From positions 1,317 to 65,316 of the forward strand of contig CALDWW010000066.1 in assembly GCA_937924335.1 (NCBI GenBank): a DNA stretch of 64,000 bases, written 5' to 3'. A program made the translations under genes and the position numbers. The stretch is from an uncultured Gammaproteobacteria bacterium (GTDB taxonomy: Bacteria > Pseudomonadota > Gammaproteobacteria > Steroidobacterales > XN24). This document shows, one piece after another, positions 44,679-57,854 of the stretch. Position 1 is the stretch's first letter, and every line of letters starts with the position of its first letter. The notes beneath the pieces were generated by a model. It did not search any database. It worked only from the letters and a program-made list of their open reading frames with translations, and was not told the DNA's origin.

Positions 44679-46408
44679 GGCTGTCTCATCGCCTGGATCG
44701 CAGGGTGCTCCGGGTCGGGTCCGTGCGTCTGATCCGGAGGAATGCCGAGGACGCGCAGCGCTCCGGAGACGATCTCGGAGAAGACAGGAGCCGCAACCTC
44801 GCCGCCATAGTAGTGTCCGGCCGAAGGCTCGTGCACCACGACAACGACCGCGAGTCTTGGACGGGAAGCGGGCGCCAGCCCGCCGAAGACAGACGTGTAA
44901 AGGGACTCGGAATAGCCGCCGGCCGTCGCTTTCCAGGCGGTACCGGTCTTGCCGGCAATGCGGTAGCCGGGCACCGCCGCCTTCCTCGCGGTGCCCTCCG
45001 GCGAAACCACCGTCTCCATCATTTCGACGACGGCCCTGGCCGTATCCGGGCTGATGACACGCTCGCTTTCTTCTGCGCCTTCCTCGACCGCGACAAGGGA
45101 GACCGGGCGGGCGACGCCATCGGCGCCCAGCACAGCGAAGGCCTGAGCGAGCTGCAGTGTCGTTACAGACAGGCCGTATCCGTACGCGAGTGTCGCCTGG
45201 CCGATCTCGCGCCAGTGATCCGCGTGGGTCAGGAGTCCTGCCGACTCTCCGGGGAAGCCGCTGGAAGTCAGCTGACCGATGCCGAATCGATCCAGCACCG
45301 ACCAGAGCTGCTCCGGTTCCAGCGACAGGGCGATCCGGGAGGCGCCCACGTTACTCGACTTAGTGAGCACCGTGGTGATCGGGATGCGACCCAGGTTGTG
45401 CTTGTCCTCGATGGTCTTGGCACCGACGATCAGGTAGCCGGGCGATGTATCCAGGACACTGTCCGGCCGGTAGCGTCCGCTCTCCAGAGCCGCGGCGACA
45501 ATGAATGGTTTGAATATCGAACCCGGCTCGAAGATGTCAGTGGCCGCCTGATTGCGGAACTGCGAGACTTCGAAACGCCGCCGGTCATTGGGGTTGAATC
45601 CGGGCTGGTTGGCCATGGCCAGGACCTCACCGGAATCTACATCGATGATGACGACCGAACCGGCGCGGGCGCGGTGCTGACCGACGCCCCGCTTCAGGGC
45701 CCGGTAGGCAAGGTACTGGAGACGAAGATCGAGGCTGATACGCAGATCCCGCCCCGGCCGCGGGGCGCTGATGTTCTCGACGTCTGCGATCGTCTGCCCG
45801 AGCCGATCTCGCATGACCCGTTTGGCGCCGGATTTGCCCGTCAGCCAGGGGTCATAGGCGAGTTCCAGGCCCTCCAGCCCGCGGTCGTCCAGATCGGTGA
45901 AGCCAACCACATGGCCGGCTACTTCACCGACCGGATAGTAGCGCCGGTATTCCCGGCGCGAATAGACGCCCGGGACGTCCAGGGACAGAATCTCAGCGGC
46001 CCTGTGTGGCGGCATGTGGCGGATCAGATAGACGAACTCACGCCCGGAGTTGCGCGTCACCAGCTGCACGAGCCGGTCCCGGGTCCAGCCGAGTGCGTCT
46101 GCCAGCTCGGGCAGCCGATCCGTGGCGGCCACCAGCTCCGCCGGGTTCGCCCAGAGGCTGTCGACCGGGGTACTGACGGCGAGAGGCTCACCGTGGCGAT
46201 CCGTGATCATCCCGCGGTGTGCTGCGATGCTCGCCACCCGCAGATGTCGCGCATCGCCCTGGCGCGCGAGGAACTCCTGGTCCAGAAGCTGCAGCTGAAC
46301 CGCGCGAGCCAGAACTGCCACACCACCGAGACCGAACAGCACCGCGACGGTAACCAGGCGCCTGACGAATCGCCGGTCGAATTCCTTGATTGCCCGTTTC
46401 CCGGTCAT
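44675..46408 (-). CDS. ftsI: peptidoglycan D,D-transpeptidase FtsI (PBP3)
   Basis: N-terminal TM anchor; transpeptidase motifs SIFKP (SxxK), SSN and KTGT. Confidence 0.95.
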   Translation of the reverse strand: MTGKRAIKEFDRRFVRRLVTVAVLFGLGGVAVLARAVQLQLLDQEFLARQGDARHLRVASIAAHRGMITDRHGEPLAVSTPVDSLWANPAELVAATDRLPELADALGWTRDRLVQLVTRNSGREFVYLIRHMPPHRAAEILSLDVPGVYSRREYRRYYPVGEVAGHVVGFTDLDDRGLEGLELAYDPWLTGKSGAKRVMRDRLGQTIADVENISAPRPGRDLRISLDLRLQYLAYRALKRGVGQHRARAGSVVIIDVDSGEVLAMANQPGFNPNDRRRFEVSQFRNQAATDIFEPGSIFKPFIVAAALESGRYRPDSVLDTSPGYLIVGAKTIEDKHNLGRIPITTVLTKSSNVGASRIALSLEPEQLWSVLDRFGIGQLTSSGFPGESAGLLTHADHWREIGQATLAYGYGLSVTTLQLAQAFAVLGADGVARPVSLVAVEEGAEESERVISPDTARAVVEMMETVVSPEGTARKAAVPGYRIAGKTGTAWKATAGGYSESLYTSVFGGLAPASRPRLAVVVVVHEPSAGHYYGGEVAAPVFSEIVSGALRVLGIPPDQTHGPDPEHPAIQAMRQP

Positions 46409-46686
46409 GGCTCGACGATGACCATCGCGGCAGGATCAGGCTCACGCATCTTCAGGCGGTCTCGAGCGAGTTGCTCGATCCGGCTTGGCGATGCCCATGT
46501 GCTGTGTTCGATCTGCAATCTTCCCCAATCGATGTTGAGCCCGTCGCGTTCGGCGGCCAGTCCCTGCAGCCCGATGAATAGCTTGCGCGACTCATGCCTG
46601 GCGTAGACCACTCCGATGGCGGAACACACCGCCGCGAACGCCAGCAAGCCAGTTGCCAGGGCCGTCAGGCGGGTACTTCCAGCCAC
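46405..46686 (-). CDS. ftsL: cell division protein FtsL
   Basis: 93 aa with a single TM segment (LTALATGLLAFAAVCSAIGVVYA) followed by a coiled-coil-like region. It lies between rsmH and ftsI. GTG start directly after the rsmH TAG. Confidence 0.8.
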   Translation of the reverse strand: MAGSTRLTALATGLLAFAAVCSAIGVVYARHESRKLFIGLQGLAAERDGLNIDWGRLQIEHSTWASPSRIEQLARDRLKMREPDPAAMVIVEP

Positions 46687-47628
46687 CTAATGGATCCTCT
46701 CTGCGACCCGCAGCACCGCGCTGCGTGATCTGGGATTGAGGCGGACCTCTTCGGACCCCGGTTTGATCGCCTTGCTTGCTATGGAGAATGTGGGACGCGC
46801 ATGGTCGGGCACGCTGTCGAGCGGCAGGCCTCTCCACGCTTCGGCTTCCCGCGCCCGGTCACGGATGAAGCGCTTGACGACGCGATCTTCGAGTGAGTGA
46901 AAACTGATGACGCACAGACGACCGCCGACGCGAAGCAATCCATGGGCGGCCTCCAGACCGTCCGCGAGGGACTGCAGCTCATCGTTGATTCGGATCCGGA
47001 TCGCCTGGAAGACCCGTGTCGCCGGATGCTTGCCAGGCTCACGGCCGGGCACGGCAGCGGCGACGATCTCGGCGAGTTGACCGGTCGTCTCTATCGGGCA
47101 CTCATTACGCGCCCGCACCAGGGCTGTCGCGATCCGGCGCGCGTACCGCTCCTCGCCGTAGCGACGGAACACCTCCACCATCTCACGCTCGGCGGCGGCG
47201 CTCAGCCAGTCCTGCGCGGTCAATGCCTGGGACGTGTCCATACGCATGTCCAGCGGGCCGTCAGCCGAAAAGCTGAAGCCGCGTGATGCCTGGTCGAGCT
47301 GTGGCGACGAGACACCCAGATCGAGCAGGATGCCGTCGAAACCGTCCGTGAAACCCGCTGCTGCGGAAATCGCCCCCATCTCTGCAAAGTTCCCCTGTTC
47401 TATGCAGACTCGCTGATCCGATTCCAGCCGCTCCCGAGCCACCGCCACTGCCTCGGGATCGCGGTCGATCGCCAGCAACCTCCCCTGCGGCCCCAAGCGC
47501 TCGAGGATGGCATCCGTGTGCCCACCCCGGCCGTAGGTGCCGTCGAGGTACGAACCGTCCTGACGGACGGCCAGCGCCTCCAGCGCCTCCTTCAGGAGCA
47601 CCGGTGAGTGGTCGCCCGACACCGGCAT
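46687..47628 (-). CDS. rsmH: 16S rRNA m4C1402 methyltransferase
   Basis: HSPVLLKEALEAL, DGTYGRGGHT, DLGVSSPQLD and ISFHSLEDR. ATG at 47628. Confidence 0.95.
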   Translation of the reverse strand: MPVSGDHSPVLLKEALEALAVRQDGSYLDGTYGRGGHTDAILERLGPQGRLLAIDRDPEAVAVARERLESDQRVCIEQGNFAEMGAISAAAGFTDGFDGILLDLGVSSPQLDQASRGFSFSADGPLDMRMDTSQALTAQDWLSAAAEREMVEVFRRYGEERYARRIATALVRARNECPIETTGQLAEIVAAAVPGREPGKHPATRVFQAIRIRINDELQSLADGLEAAHGLLRVGGRLCVISFHSLEDRVVKRFIRDRAREAEAWRGLPLDSVPDHARPTFSIASKAIKPGSEEVRLNPRSRSAVLRVAERIH

Positions 47629-47630
47629 CT

Positions 47631-48086
47631 CTAAAAGGAAAGTGATTCGAGTTCGTCCGGAAGCCCGTCCGCCTCGGTGGCCTCCTCGGAGAGCCATTCG
47701 TCACGTCGCTCGTTCCAGCGGATCTCGTCCCAAAGCTCGAATCGGTTTCCCTGGCCGATCAGGATCGCCTGACGCGTCAGCCCGCCGAACTCTCTGAGCT
47801 CCTTCGGTAACAGAATCCGTCCGTGACCATCCAGCTCGACCTCGCTGGCATAACCGATCATCAATCGCTGCAGGCGACGGGCCTGGCGATTCAGCGTCGG
47901 AAGCCGCACGAGCTTGTGCTCGATGTCCTCCCATTCGGGCAGCGGATAGAGCAGCAGGCAATAGTCCCGATCGACCGTGACAACGAGCCGCCCTTCGCAC
48001 AAATCAGCAATCCGCTCGCGATATCGCGTCGGTATGGCCATTCGGCCCTTCGCATCGAGGGTGACTTTGTTTGCGCCGCGGAACAT
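47631..48086 (-). CDS. mraZ: transcriptional regulator MraZ
   Basis: MFRGANKVTLDAKGRMAIPTRYR with a second DxxxR-type repeat (LDGHGRILLPKELR). ATG at 48086. Confidence 0.95.
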   Translation of the reverse strand: MFRGANKVTLDAKGRMAIPTRYRERIADLCEGRLVVTVDRDYCLLLYPLPEWEDIEHKLVRLPTLNRQARRLQRLMIGYASEVELDGHGRILLPKELREFGGLTRQAILIGQGNRFELWDEIRWNERRDEWLSEEATEADGLPDELESLSF

Positions 48087-48111
48087 GCCTGTGTCTCTGA
48101 CCCGGTGGGAA

Positions 48112-48136
48112 TCCCATCTTTTCCCACTTTTTCCCA
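48112..48136 (-). promoter_or_regulatory. MraZ operator: three TGGGA direct repeats at 10-bp spacing
   Basis: The minus strand reads TGGGAaaaagTGGGAaaagaTGGGA (plus-strand TCCCA at 48112, 48122 and 48132), matching the TGGGN-N5 x3 architecture described for MraZ boxes. It lies between the putative -10 element and the mraZ ATG. Confidence 0.6.
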
Positions 48137-48145
48137 CTTCTCGAC

Positions 48146-48175
48146 ACTATAGGGAGTGAATTCGTGGCATGTCAA
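48146..48175 (-). promoter_or_regulatory. sigma-70 promoter of the dcw operon (Pmra)
   Basis: The minus strand reads TTGACA-(18 nt)-TATAGT, about 60-90 nt upstream of the mraZ ATG. Confidence 0.6.
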
Positions 48176-48339
48176 CGCCTGAATGCCAATTTTTTTATAC
48201 TGCACAGGCACTTAGGCGCGATTCTGCAGGCGGCAGAGCGTGATCTTACACCACTTAAATCATGCGGTTAAGAGCGCTTTCTTCGAAAACGCTTCAAGTA
48301 AAAAAATTATTTGGACCCGGCAGGACCGAATCCGAAGAG

Positions 48340-48720
48340 GTGAAAGGGCGGGAGTCGGCCGATAAGCCGGGTTCTGTCGTGGACAGCCATTCATCTGGGA
48401 TGTGCGTCGCCACACACCTCGAGCGACCTACCCGAGGACACGCGCGGGCCGCGCGCCGCCGTCCCTAAGGACGGCTTGCCCCCCTATTTGGTCTTGCTCC
48501 GAGTGGGGTTTACCTTGCCGCGAAGTGTTGCCACTCGCGCGGTGCGCTCTTACCGCACCTTTTCACCCTTACCGGCGCCGCTGGCGCTTTGGCGGTATGT
48601 TTTCTGTGGCACTTTCCGTGGGCTCATGCCCCCCAGGCGTTACCTGGCACCCTGCCCTATGGAGCCCGGACTTTCCTCTGCGGCCATCTAGGACCACAGC
48701 GGCTGTCTGGCCGGCTCCCG
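48340..48720 (-). ncRNA. rnpB: RNase P RNA, bacterial type A
   Basis: The reverse complement contains GAGGAAAGUCCGGGCUCCAUAGGGCAGGGUGCCAGGUAACGCCUGGGGGG, GGUAAGGGUGAAA.GGUGCGGUAAGAGCGCACCGC and ACAGAACCCGGCUUAUCGGCC, near-identical to conserved E. coli M1 RNA blocks. The 5' CGGGAGCCGGCC pairs with the 3' GGCCGACUCCCG (P1). Ends are approximate to within about 5 nt. Confidence 0.93.
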
Positions 48721-48727
48721 CACTGTC

Positions 48728-48756
48728 ATTATAAGTCACGCCCCGTCATCAGTCGC
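48728..48756 (-). promoter_or_regulatory. candidate rnpB promoter
   Basis: A perfect TATAAT lies 7 nt upstream of the inferred RNA 5' end. The -35 element is weak (GCGACT) at 17-nt spacing. The promoter lies in the 3' end of rsmI. Confidence 0.45.
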
Positions 48757-49600
48757 GCGACAGCTTAAGGGCCATCGCGTAGGCGGCCCGCCGCTCGACG
48801 GGATACAGTCGGGCCACCGTACGCGCAGCGGCGCTGGCGGGCAGTTCGTCGAGCAGCACCCTGAGCGCTCTTTCGACCTGCGGTCCCGAGTCGACCTCAC
48901 CGAGGTTCCCCTCGACGATTACTACGCATTCACCGCGCGTGGCGTCCGGGTCGTCGCCGATGATACTGACAAGATTTGCCAGCGTGTCCCGATAGACCGT
49001 CTCGAACACTTTGGTCATCTCCCGCGCCACGGAGGCAGAGCGGGAATCTCCCAGGACTTCGGCGCAATCCAGCAGCATGCTCTCCAGTCGTCGGCCGGAT
49101 TCATAGAACACGAGCGTCCCGGTCTCGGTGGTCAGATCTTCAAGCCGTTTTCGGCGCGCGGCTTTCCTGGCAGGAAGGAACCCGAGGAAACAGAAACGAT
49201 CGGTAGGCAAGCCCGAGACCGACAGGGCGGCGACAGCGGCGCAAGCGCCGGGGACCGGGCTGACCCGGAGACCTGCTGCGGCAGCCGAATTGACGAGACG
49301 ATAGCCGGGGTCGCTGATGAGGGGCGTCCCGGCGTCAGAGATCAGCGCGTAGTCCCGACCGGCCCTGAGACCGTCGATGACTTCTCCTGCACGAGCCTCC
49401 TCGTTGTGCTCGTGCATGGACAGGGTGCGCGAACGGATACCCAGGGCCGCGAGAAGACGACCGCTATGGCGCGTGTCTTCACAGAGTACGGTGTCGACCT
49501 CAGACAGCACCTTGACGGCACGCGCGCTGATGTCGTCGAGATTGCCTATGGGCGTGGCAACTATGTAAAGAATTCCACTGGTTTCTGGCACTATAGTCAC
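48749..49600 (-). CDS. rsmI: 16S rRNA C1402 2'-O-methyltransferase
   Basis: GILYIVATPIGNLDDISARAVKVL, CEDTRHSG and SDAGTPLISDPG. There is no ATG near the conserved N-terminus. GTG at 49600 or 49591 is proposed; the longer ORF to 49768 would run into the lpoA start. Confidence 0.88.
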   Translation of the reverse strand: MTIVPETSGILYIVATPIGNLDDISARAVKVLSEVDTVLCEDTRHSGRLLAALGIRSRTLSMHEHNEEARAGEVIDGLRAGRDYALISDAGTPLISDPGYRLVNSAAAAGLRVSPVPGACAAVAALSVSGLPTDRFCFLGFLPARKAARRKRLEDLTTETGTLVFYESGRRLESMLLDCAEVLGDSRSASVAREMTKVFETVYRDTLANLVSIIGDDPDATRGECVVIVEGNLGEVDSGPQVERALRVLLDELPASAAARTVARLYPVERRAAYAMALKLSRD

Positions 49601-49657
49601 CGTCGCCGAAGCGGCAGAATGTTCGATCAACTCATCGTGCAACGTAGACGACAAAAG

Positions 49658-51516
49658 ATGCAAACCCGCCTTATCAGGGCCACCGCACTTCTGGCAGCGA
49701 CTTTCACAGCAACCCTCCTCGTTGCTTGCGGACCAACTCGCCCAGCCGCCCCGGATGTGACCGCGCAACGCGCGCGGGCGGAGAGTCTGGAGAATTCGGG
49801 CGACTACCTGGCTGCCTCGGAAGAGTGGCGCTCGATCGCCTCCGCTACTGCCGGAGCGACCCGCGACCGCGCAAGGCTGGCCGTGGCCCGGAATCTGCAG
49901 TCGGCAGGCCGCTTGAGCGATGCACGGCGCGAACTGGAAGCCTTGGATCCCCTACCCACTGGCAACGAGGGTGTCGCCTACGCTCTGCTCTATGCCGACC
50001 TGGCGACGGCGACCGGCAGTCCGGACAAGGCCGTCGAGGCCCTGGACCGCCTGCCTCCTGATCTGGACAACGCGACCCGGTCGCAGGCGCTCGAATTGCG
50101 GGCCCGGGCATTCTTCGCCGCCGGGCTGGGTGGTCCGGCGGTACAGGCTTTGGTAGACCGGGAGAGATTTCTGGCCGATTCGAGGGCAGTCGCCGATAAC
50201 CGTCGGCTGATCTGGAACAAGCTGCAGCAAAACTCGGCTACCGGCGTGGACTTCACGACCCCGCAAGACGCGGATCCCACGGTCACCGGCTGGCTTCAAC
50301 TCGGCCGTCTGCTGCAGTCGGCCGGGGGCGACCCGGGGCGCATGCAAGTGTCACTGAACGCATGGAGAGCCCGCAATCCTGCCCACCCCGCGTCGGAATC
50401 GGTTCTGGATTCCGTGCTGGCCGGATTCCAGCAATTCACCGCGTATCCGAAGACTATTGCGCTGATCCTGCCATTGAGCGGTCAGCTCGCCGCATCTTCA
50501 GAGGCGGTACGGGATGGCTTCATAGCGGCTCACTTCGGCCGCAAGGACACCGGCCCGCGACCGACGATACTGGTGATTGATTCGGCCACGACAGGAGCGG
50601 CAGGCGCATGGGAGCGGGCGGCCACCCAGGGCGCCGACTTCATCGTCGGCCCGCTATCAAAACCAGAAGTCGGGCAATTGCCGGGCGTCTCCGGCGGCGT
50701 GCCCACGCTTGCGCTGAACGACCCGTTCGACCCCGCAAGCCTGCCTGAATTTGTTTACAGGCTGTCGCTGGCGCCGGAGGACGAAGCCGCGCAGGCCGCG
50801 CAACGTGTTCTGACGGAGGGTCTGGCGCGCGGGATAGCCCTGGTACCGGCGAACGACTGGGGCATGCGGATTGCGGCAAGTTTCGCCGAGACCCTGCAAG
50901 CCGGCGGCGGAAGACTGCTGGACCTGCGGACTTTCACGCCGGGGCTGCCCGACTACTCGGATGAGATAACCAGGCTGTTGTACGTCGACGATAGTCGCGA
51001 ACGCCACCGACGACTGGAAGGGGTGCTCGGCGTTCAGCTGGAGTTCGAGCCGCGCAGAAGACAGGACGCGGAGTTTGTCTTCCTCGCAGCCATGCCGCGG
51101 GACGGCAGACAGCTCCGGCCTCAGCTCCGCTTTCACTACGCCTACGATCTTCCGGTTTACGCCACCTCTTCTATCTATCTGCCGGGAGAGACGCCGAGTC
51201 GCGACCTTGACGACACGGCATTCGGGGACATTCCGTGGGTCTTGAGTGACGAAGAGAGCATCCGGGCATTGCGTGATCGCATGGCGGCGATATGGCCCGC
51301 GAGCGTCGGTCGCCGTTCGCGGCTTTACGCCCTCGGATACGATGCCTATACGCTCGTACCCTTGTTGAGCAGCCTGCGCAGGGACGCAGTATCAGGCATC
51401 GCAGGCCTGACGGGGAATCTCGAACTTGTCGAGAACGGCAGAGTATCCCGCGAGCTGGAATGGGCCCGGGTCGTGAATGGTCAGATACGCAGAGTCCCTG
51501 ATCCCCGGGATGGTTC

Positions 51517-51520
<4 letters not shown>
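49658..51520 (+). CDS. lpoA: penicillin-binding protein activator LpoA (lipoprotein)
   Basis: The ATG at 49658 gives MQTRLIRATALLAATFTATLLVACG (lipobox). The body has a TPR-like N-domain and a periplasmic-binding-protein-like C-domain. It is divergent from rsmI and followed by yraN, as in E. coli and Pseudomonas. Confidence 0.85.
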
Positions 51521-53962
<2,442 letters not shown>

Positions 53963-53970
<8 letters not shown>

Positions 53971-54346
53971 CCACCCGCAGGCGGGGTCGCTTGTCGTCTC
54001 CACCCGGCTCGGGATCCGGTTCGCTTGCCTCGGAACCAAATATCATGCCCTGACCGGTTTCCTTGGCGTAGATGCCCATGATCGCTTCGATCGGGACACT
54101 GATCTGTCGCGGCGCACCGGAAAACCGTGCTCCGAAATCCAGACTCTCGTTCCCGATCGACAGATCTATCGTAGCGTCGTAACTCAAATTGAGAACGATC
54201 TTGCCGTCCTTGACGTGCTCCGTGGGAACCTGCACGCCCTCCGCGTCGGCATCGACCACGACATGTGGCGTGTGGCCGTTATCGACTATCCACTCATGCA
54301 TGGCACGTAGCAGATAGGGTCTCCTCGGCTTCAGCGGTGTCGACAA
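53963..54346 (-). CDS. sspB: ClpXP adaptor / stringent starvation protein B
   Basis: RPYLLRAMHEWIVDNGHTPHVVVDA, with a C-terminal RLRVVK ClpX-binding tail. Confidence 0.9.
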
Positions 54347-54362
54347 TGGATCGACGGGCCGG

Positions 54363-54995
54363 TCACGCCCGCATCTCCTCTTCCAGTTCGCTAAGGCTGC
54401 TCTGGAACGACGGGCGCGCCAGGATGGCTTCGATGTAGTCTTCTATAGGCTGGGCCTGGGCAGCCGGTAGCTCGATCTCGTAAGTCGGCAATCTCCACAG
54501 GATCGGCGCGATGGTGCAATCGACCAGAGAGAATTCATCGCTCAGGAAATAGGGCTTGGCCCGGAATACCTCTGCGCTCGCCAGGATGCTCTCCTTTAGG
54601 ATCTTGCGGGCCTTGTTACCCGTCTTGCGGTCCCTCGCCTCCTCTATCTCATTGGCCAGACCGTACCAGTCCCGCTCGATTCGATAGAGCGCCAGACGGA
54701 ACTGCGCCCGGGTGACGGGATCGACCGGCATCAGCGGCGGGTGCGGAAAGCGCTCGTCCAGATACTCGATGATGACCCTCGAGTCGTACAGGACAAGATC
54801 CCGATCCACGAGGGTCGGCACGCTGTTGTACGGGTTGAGATCGAGGAGATCCTCGGGAAGAGTCGGACCATCGACGCTCACAACATCGACATTGATGCTC
54901 TTTTCCGCCAGTACAAGCCTGACCCTGTGGCTGTGAGGACAGGTGGGATGTGAGAAGAGAGTCATTACCGATCGCCTATTGGCAATTAATGCCAT
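54363..54995 (-). CDS. sspA: stringent starvation protein A (GST-like)
   Basis: MTLFSHPTCPHSHRVRLVLAEK and NPYNSVPTLVDRDLVLYDSRVIIEYLDERFPHPPLMP. Confidence 0.95.
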   Translation of the reverse strand: MALIANRRSVMTLFSHPTCPHSHRVRLVLAEKSINVDVVSVDGPTLPEDLLDLNPYNSVPTLVDRDLVLYDSRVIIEYLDERFPHPPLMPVDPVTRAQFRLALYRIERDWYGLANEIEEARDRKTGNKARKILKESILASAEVFRAKPYFLSDEFSLVDCTIAPILWRLPTYEIELPAAQAQPIEDYIEAILARPSFQSSLSELEEEMRA

Positions 54996-55041
54996 CTAAT
55001 TTCTCCGTATTCGCTCAGCGTCAGTCGAAGACTTCGCCGGC

Positions 55042-55782
55042 CTAGTGCACATCCTTCCAGAGTTCCTTCTTGTAGAGGAACGAGAAGAGGAACAACACGA
55101 CCAGGAAAAGGATCACCTTGATGCCCAGTGACTGCCGCTTCAATTGCGCCGGCTCGCTGATATAGGTCAGGAAGGTCGTAAGGTCCTGAGCCATGACATC
55201 GAACTGCTCAGGAGTCATGGCACCGGGCTGAACCAGCTCGAAGTGATCAAAAACCTCGTGAGGACTACCCTGCGCATCCAGGTCCGTCCGGTAGACGGCT
55301 TTCTGGATGCCCTGCAGTTCCCACAGGACATGGGGCATGCTGGCACCTTCGAGGACGAGATTGTTCACGCCGGTCGGCTTGGACGGATCGACGTAAAAAG
55401 ACTTCAGGAAACTGTACACCCAGTCATCGCCACGAGCGCGTGCCGTCAGGGACAGGTCGGGCGGCGTGCGGCCGAACCAGTTGGCCGAGTCGGTCGACGG
55501 GATGGCGTTCTCCATCGTGTCATGGGGGCGTTCTCCGGTGAACATCAGGTTCTCGACGAGCTGATCTTCGGTTAGCTCCAGATCAACAGCCAACCGGTTG
55601 TACCGCACATACTGAGCCGAGTGGCAGCCCAGGCAATAATTTACAAAATACTTGGCCCCCCGCTGGACCGATGCCTCGTTCGAGATGTCGGCGTCTACAT
55701 GTTCGATGTGCCCACCGCCCCCGGCCGCGAATGCAATTGTCGGAAGACCCAGCAGAACGCAGGCGATAACGTTCCTAATCAT
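55042..55782 (-). CDS. petC: cytochrome c1 (bc1 complex)
   Basis: Signal sequence [19 protein letters not shown], a haem motif CLGCHS, and a C-terminal TM anchor. The ATG at 55782 overlaps the petB end by 8 nt. Confidence 0.9.
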   Translation of the reverse strand: MIRNVIACVLLGLPTIAFAAGGGGHIEHVDADISNEASVQRGAKYFVNYCLGCHSAQYVRYNRLAVDLELTEDQLVENLMFTGERPHDTMENAIPSTDSANWFGRTPPDLSLTARARGDDWVYSFLKSFYVDPSKPTGVNNLVLEGASMPHVLWELQGIQKAVYRTDLDAQGSPHEVFDHFELVQPGAMTPEQFDVMAQDLTTFLTYISEPAQLKRQSLGIKVILFLVVLFLFSFLYKKELWKDVH

Positions 55783-57037
55783 GGTAAGTGACCCTCTCCG
55801 GTACCGGCTTGGTCTTATCAAGCTTCGTGTAGATGGGCATGAGCAGGAAGAATGCGAAGTAGATGATCGTGAAAACACGCGCCATGATCGTGTACGCTCC
55901 GGTCGCCGGTTGCGTGCCGAGGAATCCGAGCACGAAGAAGCTCACGACGAACAACGCGACCGCCGTCTTGAACATCCAGCCACGGTAGCGAATGGATTTC
56001 ACCGGGCTACGATCCAGCCACGGCAGGAAGAACAGCAGGATCATGGCTGAACCCATCAGGATCACGCCGCCGAGCTTGTCCGGAACCGCCCTGAGGATTG
56101 CGTAAAACGGGGTGAAGTACCAGACCGGCGCGATGTGCTCGGGAGTCTTCAGCGGATCGGCTGCTTCGAAATTGGCATGCTCAAGGAAATAACCGCCCAT
56201 CTCCGGCGCGAAAAAGATGATCGCGCTGAATACGATGGCGAACGCGACGAACGCGACCAGGTCTTTGGCGGTGTGATATGGATGGAACGCTACGCCGTCC
56301 AGAGGCACGCCGTCCGGGCCCTTCTTGTCCTTGATCTCGACACCGTCCGGATTGTTCGAGCCTACCTCGTGCAGCGCCATGATGTGGACCGCGACGAGTC
56401 CCACGAGCACCAGCGGCAGAGCGATAACGTGGAGAGCGAAGAATCGGTTCAGCGTGATGTCGGATATGAAGTAGTCCCCTCGGATCCACTCCACCAGCGA
56501 CTCTCCCACCACCGGAATGGCGCCGAAAAGCGACACGATCACCTGCGCACCCCAATAGGACATCTGCCCCCAGGGCAGCAGATAGCCGAAGAACGCTTCC
56601 GCAGCGAGCGCCAGATAGATGAACATGCCGAAGATCCAGATCAGCTCCCGCGGCGATTTGTAGGACCCGTAGATGAGCGAACGGAACATGTGAAGATAGA
56701 CCACGATGAAGAACATCGAGGCGCCGGTCGAATGCATGTAGCGGATCAGCCAACCCCAGTTGACGTCCCGCATGATGTACTCGACTGACGCGAAAGCCTC
56801 CGCCGCCGAAGGCTTGTAACTCATGGTCAGGAAGATGCCGGTGACGATCTGGATCACCAGGACAACCATCGCAAGAGAACCGAAGACGGACCACCAGTTG
56901 AGATTCTTGGAGGCGTAGTACTCCGTAATGTGCTCGCGAAGCAGGCTGTCCAGCGGAAAACGCTTGTTCAGCCACTGATTGAAACCGCCTTCGCGACGAC
57001 CGGCCATCTGGCCGACTTCGTGCTCCGACCTACTCAT
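55775..57037 (-). CDS. petB: cytochrome b (bc1 complex)
   Basis: [36 protein letters not shown] and the PEWYF-like [13 protein letters not shown]. Confidence 0.97.
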   Translation of the reverse strand: MSRSEHEVGQMAGRREGGFNQWLNKRFPLDSLLREHITEYYASKNLNWWSVFGSLAMVVLVIQIVTGIFLTMSYKPSAAEAFASVEYIMRDVNWGWLIRYMHSTGASMFFIVVYLHMFRSLIYGSYKSPRELIWIFGMFIYLALAAEAFFGYLLPWGQMSYWGAQVIVSLFGAIPVVGESLVEWIRGDYFISDITLNRFFALHVIALPLVLVGLVAVHIMALHEVGSNNPDGVEIKDKKGPDGVPLDGVAFHPYHTAKDLVAFVAFAIVFSAIIFFAPEMGGYFLEHANFEAADPLKTPEHIAPVWYFTPFYAILRAVPDKLGGVILMGSAMILLFFLPWLDRSPVKSIRYRGWMFKTAVALFVVSFFVLGFLGTQPATGAYTIMARVFTIIYFAFFLLMPIYTKLDKTKPVPERVTYHD

Positions 57038-57627
57038 CAGGCCACCCCCGTATCGGATCCGATAAGGATGACGGAATCACTCAGATACCGGTGCGGCGGA
57101 ACCGGCAGGTTCAGAGGTGCGGGAACGCCCTTGTAGACGCGCCCGGAGAGGTCGAATTTCGAGCCGTGACACGGGCAGTAAAATCCGCCCCGCCAGTCAG
57201 GGCCCAGGTCAGCGGGAGCCAGATCAAAACGCTCGATCGGCGAGCAGCCAAGATGAGTGCAGCTTCCGACGACTATCAGGATCTCCGGCTTGATCGCCCG
57301 GTACTCGTTCCTGGCGTATTCCGGCTGCTGCGGCTGTTCCGAGGCCGGGTCGCGGACCTCCGCGTCGGTCTCGCGGACGCGCTCCAGCATTACGTCGGTC
57401 CGGCGCAGAATCCAGACGGGTTTGCCGCGCCACTCGACTTTCAGCAGGGCCCCCGGTTCGAGCTTGCCGATGTCGACTTCCACAGGCGCACCGAGTGCCT
57501 GGGCACGGGCGCTTGGTTGCCAGGAGGCAAGGAACGGTGTCGCCGCAAAGACGGCGCCTACGCCGCCCGTGACTGCCGTCGCCACGCCGAGAAAATGACG
57601 TCTGCTCAGATCAACGTCTTCGCTCAT
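57037..57627 (-). CDS. petA: ubiquinol-cytochrome c reductase Rieske Fe-S subunit
   Basis: Tat-like [10 protein letters not shown]; the Rieske boxes CTHLGC and CPCHGS. Confidence 0.95.
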   Translation of the reverse strand: MSEDVDLSRRHFLGVATAVTGGVGAVFAATPFLASWQPSARAQALGAPVEVDIGKLEPGALLKVEWRGKPVWILRRTDVMLERVRETDAEVRDPASEQPQQPEYARNEYRAIKPEILIVVGSCTHLGCSPIERFDLAPADLGPDWRGGFYCPCHGSKFDLSGRVYKGVPAPLNLPVPPHRYLSDSVILIGSDTGVA

Positions 57628-57854
57628 CGCAAGTGTTCTCCAAGGCGATATCGGCCGGGTCCACGAGGGCCAAGGCTATGGCTCATGGACAGATTCGGCC
57701 AGTGGATAGCAATCGGGCAATTATACACGGGCGTCAAACAGGGTGCCTACCTGCCAAGACAAAACCCGGAGGGCCCGTGGGTATCGAAATTGAGTCTTTG
57801 CAGGTGCGCACAGATAATGGCCGCTGATATTCATATCGGGGTCTCGCTTCGTCC

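Noticed and set aside
44705-46606. 633-aa plus-strand ORF.
   Set aside because: It lies antisense to ftsI and ftsL.
48262-48734. Three plus-strand ORFs of 68-110 aa.
   Set aside because: They lie over the RNase P RNA gene, which is encoded on the opposite strand. The conserved rnpB blocks explain the sequence.
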